From: Spirochaetia bacterium
GTDB taxonomy: Bacteria > Spirochaetota > Spirochaetia > SZUA-6 > Bin103
DNA: 64,000 nucleotides
Reading direction: 5' to 3'
Assembly: GCA_965203055.1 (NCBI GenBank)
Contig: OZ241863.1
Coordinates: 1,152,001 to 1,216,000, forward strand
Numbering within the stretch: position 1 is the stretch's first letter; the number at the start of each line of letters is the position of its first letter. The notes under the pieces were generated by a model that saw nothing but the letters and a program-made list of their open reading frames with translations, was not told where the DNA came from and did no database searches. Made by a program: the position numbers and the translations under genes. Shown in pieces: positions 56,877-64,000 of the stretch.

Positions 56877-58151
56877 ATGCAATCATGTCATTACCGCAGG
56901 AAGCCCCTGCGGACCGTTCTGCAAGTGCTGCTGGTGTTCGCGGTGGCGCTGGGCGCCGGCGTGTCGCTCTACGCCAACGGAGAGGGAGAGGACTCGCGCC
57001 GGCTGGTCATCAATTCCAACCTGTCCGACCCGGCTCCCAAGGCCGACTTGGCGGAAGCGGTGGAGATGTTCCGGGCGGAGTACCCGGACATCGAGGTGGA
57101 GTTGAATACGTTCGATCACGAGGCGTACAAGACCGCCATTCGCAACTTCCTGGCTACCGAGCCGCCCGACGTGGCGCTCTGGTTTGCCGGCAACCGGATG
57201 AAGTTCTTCGTCGATCAAGGCATGTTCGAGGACGTGAGCGACGTGTGGGCGGACAACGGCCTGTACGATTCCATGGCCTCTTCGGTGGCCTCGATGACGG
57301 TGGACGGCAAGCAGTACGGCGTGCCCTATTCCTATTACCAGTGGGGCGTCTATTACCGTACCGACCTGTTCGAACAGGTCGGCGCCGAGGTGCCGGAAGA
57401 CTGGGACCAGTTCCTGGACGTGGCGGCGAAGCTGAAGGCGGCCGGGATCACCCCGGTTACCATCGGGACCAAGTTTCTGTGGACGGCGGCCGGCTGGTTC
57501 GATTACCTCAACCTGCGGATCAACGGCCTCGACTACCACATCTCGCTGACCGACGGTGAGGCTTCCTACCTCGACCCGGAGCTGGACGCAGTGTTCGCCG
57601 CGTGGCGCGAGCTGCTGGATCGGGGATACTTCCTGCAGAATCACGCGACCTATTCCTGGCAGGAGGCGCAGGCGCCGTTGATCAACGGCAGCGCCGCGAT
57701 GTACCTCATCGGCAACTTCATAGTCCCCGACCTGGAGAACGCGGGCGTGGTGGACAACGTCGGCTACTTCCAGTTCCCGATCATCAATCCTGACGCCGGC
57801 GTGTACGAAGACGCGCCCACCGACACGTTCCACATCCCGGCGGGCGCCGAAAACAAGGATACGGCGCGCCTGTTTCTGGCATTCATCGCCCGTCCCGACG
57901 TCCAGGTGGTGCTGACCTCCGGCTCGCTGCCGCCCAACAACCAGTCGCCGGCGCCCACCGACCGCTTCAAGCGCACCGGCTTCCAGGTGCTGAGCGACGC
58001 CGACGGTCTGGCGCAGTTCTACGACCGGGACACCCATCCCGAGATGGCCGCCACCGGCATGGAGGGGTTCCAGGAATTCATGGTGAACCCCGACCGCCTG
58101 CCGGAGATCCGCGCCCGGCTCGAAGAAAAGCGGCTGCAGGTGTTCGGCTGA
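56877..58151 (+). CDS. Carbohydrate ABC transporter substrate-binding protein
   Basis: Signal peptide then ANGEGE, HEAYKTAIRNFL, LAQFYDRD; start approximate. Confidence 0.9.
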   Translation: MQSCHYRRKPLRTVLQVLLVFAVALGAGVSLYANGEGEDSRRLVINSNLSDPAPKADLAEAVEMFRAEYPDIEVELNTFDHEAYKTAIRNFLATEPPDVALWFAGNRMKFFVDQGMFEDVSDVWADNGLYDSMASSVASMTVDGKQYGVPYSYYQWGVYYRTDLFEQVGAEVPEDWDQFLDVAAKLKAAGITPVTIGTKFLWTAAGWFDYLNLRINGLDYHISLTDGEASYLDPELDAVFAAWRELLDRGYFLQNHATYSWQEAQAPLINGSAAMYLIGNFIVPDLENAGVVDNVGYFQFPIINPDAGVYEDAPTDTFHIPAGAENKDTARLFLAFIARPDVQVVLTSGSLPPNNQSPAPTDRFKRTGFQVLSDADGLAQFYDRDTHPEMAATGMEGFQEFMVNPDRLPEIRARLEEKRLQVFG

Positions 58152-58177
58152 GCCGACGCCGCCGCACCGGGACGGCT

Positions 58178-59083
58178 GTGGCACGGGAGACTGACACCGG
58201 AGCGTACCGCGCGTACCGCTGGCTGCGCTGGCAGTATCGGTACGCTCCGGTGTACTTTCTCGCCCCGGCCGTGATCCTGTTCTCCCTCTTCGTACTGTGG
58301 CCGATTGCCCAGAGCCTGTGGCTCAGCCTGTTCGAATGGGGCGGCTTCGGGCCCAGGCAGTGGGTGGGGTTCGACAACTACCGCAACCTGGTCGCTGATC
58401 CGCGCTTTGCGGTGTCGTTGCGCAACAACGTTACCTGGCTGGTGCTGATGCTGCTCGCCCCGCTCGGCGGGTTGGCGGTGGCGCTGTTTCTCAACCAGCA
58501 GATCCCCGGTATCCGAATCTACAAATCGTTGTTCTTCTTTCCCTTCGTCGTCAACCTGGTGGTCGTAGGTCTGATATTCTCCTGGTTCTACAATCCCGAT
58601 CTCGGGTTGCTGGCCGAGCTCTTCCAGGTATTGGGGTTGACTCCGATTCCGATTCTCGCGGACGAGCGCCTGGCTACCTTGGGAATCATCTTCGCCGCTC
58701 TCTGGCCGCAGACTTCCTACTGCATGATTCTCTACCTTACCGGTCTCACCAGCATGGGGCCGAGTATCGTCGAGGCGGCGCGCATCGATGGCGCCGCCGG
58801 ATTCTTCATGCTGCGCCGCGTCATCCTGCCGCAGTTGCGCCCGGCGACCTTCATCGCCGTAGTCGTCACCATCGTCGGCGCGCTGCGCAGCTTCGACCTG
58901 GTCGCGATCATGACCGACGGCGGACCGTGGGGCAGCTCCTACGTGCTCGCCTTCCACATGTACAAAGAGGCGCTGTTCAACTTCAAGGTAGGCTACGGCG
59001 CCTCCATCGCCGTGGTTCTGTTCCTGGTGATGGTGGGCTTCATCGCCTGGTTTCTCTACCGCGTCGTCAAGGCGGAGCGTTAG
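58178..59083 (+). CDS. Carbohydrate ABC transporter permease
   Basis: EAARIDGA, MTDGGP. Confidence 0.92.
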   Translation: MARETDTGAYRAYRWLRWQYRYAPVYFLAPAVILFSLFVLWPIAQSLWLSLFEWGGFGPRQWVGFDNYRNLVADPRFAVSLRNNVTWLVLMLLAPLGGLAVALFLNQQIPGIRIYKSLFFFPFVVNLVVVGLIFSWFYNPDLGLLAELFQVLGLTPIPILADERLATLGIIFAALWPQTSYCMILYLTGLTSMGPSIVEAARIDGAAGFFMLRRVILPQLRPATFIAVVVTIVGALRSFDLVAIMTDGGPWGSSYVLAFHMYKEALFNFKVGYGASIAVVLFLVMVGFIAWFLYRVVKAER

Positions 59084-59085
59084 CG

Positions 59086-59943
59086 CTGTTCCCCACGCCA
59101 ATCATCGAAACCTCCCCGGCAACGCGCGTCATCTATCGCGTGGCGGTGCCGGTCGCGCTGCTGTTGTGGCTGCTGCCGATGTTGGCGGTGCTGCTCACTT
59201 CGATTCGCTCGGGGGCCGACATCACCTCGGGCAACTACTGGGGCTGGCCCCGCGAGGTGCGGCTGCTGGAAAACTACGGCGAGGTGTTCAATCCGGCGCG
59301 CAGCCCCATGCTCCGCTACTTCCTGAACAGCGTGGTGATCACCTTGCCATCGATCGCGCTGGCGATCTTCATCAGCGCGATGGCCGGCTACTCGCTGGCG
59401 ATTCATCGCTTCCGCGGCCGAATTGCGCTGTTCGCGATGTTCATCGCCGGCAACTTCGTGCCATTTCAGATCCTGATGATTCCGGTGCGCAGCCTGTTCG
59501 CACGCCTCGATCTGCTCGACACGGTGTGGGCGTTGATCATCTTTCACACCGCGTTCCAGACCGGATTCGCGACCTTCTTCCTGCGCAACTTCATTGCCGA
59601 GCTGCCGTTCTCACTGGTGGAGTCGGCGCGCATCGAGGGAGCCACCGAACTCGGCATCTTCATCCGCATCATCATGCCGCTGATCCGGCCCGCGCTCGCC
59701 TCGCTGTCAGTGCTGCTGTTCACCTTCATATGGAACGACTTCTTCTGGGCGCTGACGCTCGTACAGAGCGATCAGGCGCGCCCGATCACGTTCGGCCTGC
59801 AAGCGCTGCGCGGCCAGTGGTCGATCGCCTGGAATCTGATCGCCGCCGGTTCGGTGGTGGCGGCCCTGCCGTCGGTGCTGGTGTTCTTCCTCATGCAACG
59901 GCAGTTCGTCGCCGGCCTCACGTTCGGCGGCGTCAAGGAGTGA
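59086..59943 (+). CDS. Carbohydrate ABC transporter permease (possible CTG start)
   Basis: ESARIEGA, WNDFFWA; GGAG 8 nt before CTG-TTC-CCC. Confidence 0.85.
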   Translation: MFPTPIIETSPATRVIYRVAVPVALLLWLLPMLAVLLTSIRSGADITSGNYWGWPREVRLLENYGEVFNPARSPMLRYFLNSVVITLPSIALAIFISAMAGYSLAIHRFRGRIALFAMFIAGNFVPFQILMIPVRSLFARLDLLDTVWALIIFHTAFQTGFATFFLRNFIAELPFSLVESARIEGATELGIFIRIIMPLIRPALASLSVLLFTFIWNDFFWALTLVQSDQARPITFGLQALRGQWSIAWNLIAAGSVVAALPSVLVFFLMQRQFVAGLTFGGVKE

Positions 59944-61717
59944 CCTGGGCGGTCGGGACCTCGGCGCCGCGCACCTCTGCGCCGTGAACCAGTTCCCAGC
60001 CGCGGAACACCAGCGCCAGCCCCTTGAACACCGCCTCCGGGTGCCGGCGCGCCAGCCGGCGGTCCGTCAGGTAGCGGCGCGCCTGCGCCTCCGCGGCGGC
60101 GGCCTGCGCCGCTGCCTGCGCCTGCGTTGCGCTGCGGGGCAGGTACTTCAGCTCAACCACGTAGCCGTAGCGCATGCCCGGATAGCGCGCCGGGCGCGGT
60201 TCCAGCACGAGGTCGGCGTAGCCCTTGGCCAACTCCATCTCGGTATGCAAGACGAAGTAGGGGGAGATGCTCAGGTAGGCGGCCACGAAGCCCTGCAGCA
60301 TCTTCTCGCCCTGCAGGTAGTCGCGCACGCCGGTCTGCTCCGCGATCGCCGCGCTCAGCCGCTCCAGCGCCGGCCGCCACTCCCCCTGCAGCGCCATGCG
60401 CCGCGCCAGCCGGTCGAACGTCACCAGATCGAGCGAGAACACGCCCACGTCCCGGTAGGCGTCGCGCAGGTAGCCGTACATCAGCCGCCGCACCGTCTGG
60501 TTGGGGATGCCGAGCCGCGGCGTTTCGACCGTCGCGCCGCGGATGCTCAACAGGCCGAAGTAGTGCAGCAGCGACAGGAAGTTCTCCCGCTCGGCGAGGC
60601 GTTCCAGCGGGAAGCTGTCTACGATCTCGCAGTCGGCGCGCCCTTCGGAGATCACCTCGCGCAGCAGGTCGAAGTTGCCGTTCAACTGACGGCCGACGGT
60701 GAGCAGGTGGCGCAGCTTGCCGTAGTCGATGCGCACGTTGGCGTCGATCAGGTTGTCGGGACCCGGCTTGTTGGGCAGCGACCAGGAGAGGTAGTAGAGC
60801 ACCATGTCGGTGTTGTAGACGACGTTGGGGGCGGCGGGGGCGAAGCGGTAGCCGTCGTACCACTCGCGCATCGTGTCGAGGGCGGCGTCGGGGTCCTGGT
60901 CGAAGACTCCGAGGCCGCGGTAGGTATGCAGCATGTCCCGCACTTCGGGTTCGGTGAAGCCGAGCATCTCGTTGAATTCGGGACGCAGGCTGAGGTTGGC
61001 GCCGATGTTGAAGCCGCTGGTGACGTCGTCCATGGTGACCGGGGAGACGCCGGTGACGAACAGGCGTTCGATGCAGCCGGACTCGGCGGTGCCGGCCTTG
61101 AGCATGGCGAAGAAGTTGCGGTAGAAGCCGCCGCCGTGGGTGAAGGAGTGGTAGGCTTCGGCGCCCTGCTCGGCCAGGATGGTATTGGCGAAGTTGTCGT
61201 ACTCATCGATCAGCACGTAGAGCGGGATGCCGCGGGCGTCCGCATACAGGAACAACGCGTCGAGTTTGCCGTCGATCGACGGCGCGGCGAGGATTCGCTC
61301 CGCGCTCTTCTCGTCGAACAGATCGGGATTGCGCAGCAGCGCGTCCTCAACGTGGCGGGCGCAGTAACCCTCGAAGTGTTCCTCCAACGTGGGCAGTGCC
61401 TGCTTGAACGCCGAGAAGTCGAAGTAGATTACGACGTAGCGGCTCCGGTTGGCGGTCGGCTGGCGGCCGATGTCGGTGCCGGCGAAGACAGCTTCATAGT
61501 CCTTGGCCCGGGCGCGGTTGTAGTAGGCGTTCAGCATGGTCAGCCACAGCGTCTTGCCAAAGCGCCGCGGGCGGATGAAGAACGCATAGCGCTCCTGCTC
61601 CAGGGCGCGGATGAAGCGGGTCTTGTCCACGTAGAGGCAGCGGTCGAGGCGGATGCTGCGGAAGTTGCCGCGCCCGTAGGGGATCGCCGGGAACGGCGTG
61701 GGATCAGGAGCGGTCAT
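59933..61717 (-). CDS. AAA-ATPase-like + PD-(D/E)XK nuclease protein, copy A
   Basis: YVDKT, RPRRFGKT, LIDEYD, GYADL...VELKY. Confidence 0.92.
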   Translation of the reverse strand: MTAPDPTPFPAIPYGRGNFRSIRLDRCLYVDKTRFIRALEQERYAFFIRPRRFGKTLWLTMLNAYYNRARAKDYEAVFAGTDIGRQPTANRSRYVVIYFDFSAFKQALPTLEEHFEGYCARHVEDALLRNPDLFDEKSAERILAAPSIDGKLDALFLYADARGIPLYVLIDEYDNFANTILAEQGAEAYHSFTHGGGFYRNFFAMLKAGTAESGCIERLFVTGVSPVTMDDVTSGFNIGANLSLRPEFNEMLGFTEPEVRDMLHTYRGLGVFDQDPDAALDTMREWYDGYRFAPAAPNVVYNTDMVLYYLSWSLPNKPGPDNLIDANVRIDYGKLRHLLTVGRQLNGNFDLLREVISEGRADCEIVDSFPLERLAERENFLSLLHYFGLLSIRGATVETPRLGIPNQTVRRLMYGYLRDAYRDVGVFSLDLVTFDRLARRMALQGEWRPALERLSAAIAEQTGVRDYLQGEKMLQGFVAAYLSISPYFVLHTEMELAKGYADLVLEPRPARYPGMRYGYVVELKYLPRSATQAQAAAQAAAAEAQARRYLTDRRLARRHPEAVFKGLALVFRGWELVHGAEVRGAEVPTAQVTP

Positions 61718-61742
61718 CGATGCGGACGCACGAGCCATGCGG

Positions 61743-63554
61743 TCACCAGCGCCGCGCCGGACCGTCGTCGGCCGGGACCTCTGCGCCGGCCGGGACCTCT
61801 GCGCCACGCACCTCTGAGTCGTGCACCAGCTCCCAGCCGCGGAACACCAGCGCCAGCCCCTTGAACGCCGCCTCCGGGTGCCGGCGCGCCAGCCGGCGGT
61901 CCGTCAGGTAGCGGCGCGCCTGCGCCTCCGCCGCGGCGGCCTGCGCCGCTACCTGCGCCTGCGCCGCGCTGCGGGGCAGGTACTTCAGCTCGATCACGTA
62001 GCCGTAGCGCATGCCCGGATAGGGCAGCGCGCGCGGTTCCAGCACCAGGTCGGCGTAGCCCTTGGCCAACTCCAGCTCGGTGTGCAGCACGAAGTAGGGG
62101 GAGATGCTCAGGTAGGCGGCCACGAAGCCCTGCAGCATCTTCTCGCCCTGCAGGTAGTCGCGCACGCCGGTCTGCTCGGCTACCGCCGCGCTCAGCCGCT
62201 CCAGTGCCGGGCGCCACTCGCCCTGCAGCGCCATGCGCCGCGTCAGCCGGTCGAACGTCACCAGATCGAGCGAGAACACGCCCACGTCGCGGTAGGCGTC
62301 GCGCAGGTAGCCGTACAGCAGCCGCCGCACCGTCTGGTTGGGGATGCCGAGCCGCGGCGTTTCGACCGTCGCGCCGCGGATGCTCAGCAGGCCGAAGTAG
62401 TGGAGCAGCGACAGGAAGTTCTCCCGCTCGGCGAGGCGCTCCAGCGGGAAGCTGTCTACGATCTCGCAGTCGGCGCGCCCTTCGGCGATCACCTCGCGCA
62501 GCAGGTCGAAGTTGCCGTTGAGCCGGCGGCCGACGGTGAGCAGGTGGCGCAGCTTGCCGTAGTCGATGCGCACGTTGGCGTCGATCAGGTTGTCGGGACC
62601 GGGCTTGTTGGGAAGTGAGTACGACAGGTAGTAGAGCACCATGTCGGTGTTGTAGACGACGTTGGGTGCGGTCTTGGCGAAGCGGTAGCCGTCGTACCAC
62701 TCGCGCATCGTGTCGAGGGCGGCGTCGGGGTCCTGGTCGAAGACGCCGAGGTCGCGGTAGGTCGAGAGCATGTCCCGCACTTCCGCTTCGGTAAAGCCGA
62801 GCAGTTCGTTGAACTCGGGGCGGAGGCTGAGGTTGGCGCCGATGTTGAAGCCGCTGGTGACGTCGTCCATGACGATCGGGGAGACGCCGGTGACGAACAG
62901 CCGCGCAACGCTGCCGTTCTCGGTGCCGGCCTTGAGCGCGGCGAAGAAGTTGCGGTAGAAGCCGCCGCCGTGGGTGAGGGCGTGATAGGCGTCCGCCCCC
63001 TGATGCGCCAGGATGGTATTGGCGAAGTTGTCGTACTCGTCGATCAGCACGTAGAGCGGGATGCCGCGGTCGCTGGCGTACTGGAACAGCTCGTCCAACT
63101 GGCCGGTGATCGATCGCCGGCCGAGGATGACGCGGGCCGTCTCCTCGTCGATCAGATCGCAGTTGCGGCGCAGCGCGTGTCGCAGATGGCTGGTGCAGTA
63201 CTCCTCGAACTCGCGCTCCAGCGTCTCCGGGGCGTCGTTGAAGGCGGAGAAGTTGAACCGCAGCACGACGTAGCGGCTGCGGTTGGGAGTGGGATCGCGG
63301 CCGATGTCGGTGCCGGCGAACACCGCCGCGAAGTCGTCGGCCTCGGTGCGGGAATAGTAGCTTTCCAGCAGCGACAGCCAGCAGGTCTTGCCGAAGCGCC
63401 GCGGGCGGATGAAGAACATGAACCGCTCCTGTTCCAGGGCGTGCAGGAAGCGTGTCTTGTCGACATACAGGCAACCCTCCCGGCGGATACCCTTGAAGTA
63501 GGCCAGCCCGTAGGGGATCGCCGGGAACGGCGCGGGATCACGGGGAGTGGTCAT
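61743..63554 (-). CDS. AAA-ATPase-like + PD-(D/E)XK nuclease protein, copy B
   Basis: Same motifs; ATG overlaps the stop of copy C (TGATG). Confidence 0.92.
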   Translation of the reverse strand: MTTPRDPAPFPAIPYGLAYFKGIRREGCLYVDKTRFLHALEQERFMFFIRPRRFGKTCWLSLLESYYSRTEADDFAAVFAGTDIGRDPTPNRSRYVVLRFNFSAFNDAPETLEREFEEYCTSHLRHALRRNCDLIDEETARVILGRRSITGQLDELFQYASDRGIPLYVLIDEYDNFANTILAHQGADAYHALTHGGGFYRNFFAALKAGTENGSVARLFVTGVSPIVMDDVTSGFNIGANLSLRPEFNELLGFTEAEVRDMLSTYRDLGVFDQDPDAALDTMREWYDGYRFAKTAPNVVYNTDMVLYYLSYSLPNKPGPDNLIDANVRIDYGKLRHLLTVGRRLNGNFDLLREVIAEGRADCEIVDSFPLERLAERENFLSLLHYFGLLSIRGATVETPRLGIPNQTVRRLLYGYLRDAYRDVGVFSLDLVTFDRLTRRMALQGEWRPALERLSAAVAEQTGVRDYLQGEKMLQGFVAAYLSISPYFVLHTELELAKGYADLVLEPRALPYPGMRYGYVIELKYLPRSAAQAQVAAQAAAAEAQARRYLTDRRLARRHPEAAFKGLALVFRGWELVHDSEVRGAEVPAGAEVPADDGPARRW

Positions 63555-64000
63555 CACACGCGCCGCGCCGGACCGTCGTCGGCCGGGACCTCTGCGCCGG
63601 CCGGGACCTCTGCGCCACGCACCTCTGAGTCGTGCACCAGCTCCCAGCCGCGGAACACCAGCGCCAGCCCCTTGAACGCCGCCTCCGGGTGCCGGCGCGC
63701 CAGCCGGCGGTCCGTCAGGTAGCGGCGCGCCTGCGCCTCCGCCGCGGCGGCCTGCGCCGCTACCTGCGCCTGCGCCGCGCTGCGGGGCAGGTACTTCAGC
63801 TCGATCACGTAGCCGTAGCGCATGCCCGGATAGGGCAGCGCGCGCGGTTCCAGCACCAGGTCGGCGTAGCCCTTGGCCAACTCCAGCTCGGTGTGCAGCA
63901 CGAAGTAGGGGGAGATGCTCAGGTAGGCGGCCACGAAGCCCTGCAGCATCTTCTCGCCCTGCAGGTAGTCGCGCACGCCGGTCTGCTCGGCTACCGCCGC
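63554..64000 (-). CDS. AAA-ATPase-like + PD-(D/E)XK nuclease protein, copy C (5' part outside window)
   Basis: 63560-64000 matches 61749-62189. Confidence 0.9.
   Translation of the reverse strand, partial: AAVAEQTGVRDYLQGEKMLQGFVAAYLSISPYFVLHTELELAKGYADLVLEPRALPYPGMRYGYVIELKYLPRSAAQAQVAAQAAAAEAQARRYLTDRRLARRHPEAAFKGLALVFRGWELVHDSEVRGAEVPAGAEVPADDGPARRV

Overview
A 64 kb window from a very GC-rich bacterium; the gene content is reminiscent of a spirochaete-like host-associated symbiont, but that is inference only. Housekeeping and transport genes include proS (partial), an ftsI-like PBP, TolC, guaB, DAHP synthase, SulP, a CPA2 antiporter, amt, serS, hisS, an M16 peptidase and two sugar ABC operons. 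These are interspersed with many nucleases and defence modules: Rpn, three Uma2 genes, type III R-M, MNT/HEPN, a tandem array of at least three AAA-ATPase/PD-(D/E)XK genes, and IS3/IS21 debris. The most striking feature is a transposase-free element present in two inverted copies (13455-15141 and 41404-42897). Each copy has ~18-bp terminal inverted repeats (GGGCGCACTTCCAA..TG) and a conserved ~200-nt structured non-coding leader containing one hypervariable ~21-nt segment. Each also has a near-consensus leaderless sigma70 promoter overlapped by a palindrome, and a single DUF222-like/HNH endonuclease ORF (the HNH site is deleted in copy 2). Both copies lie head-to-head with a Uma2 nuclease gene. 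Other notable items are a Uma2 cassette bracketed by a duplicated guaB 3' end, a HAMP-MFS/SBP/SpoIIE signalling operon, an intragenic RpnS start, and a channel with a non-canonical filter. All homology calls come from motif recognition, not database searches.
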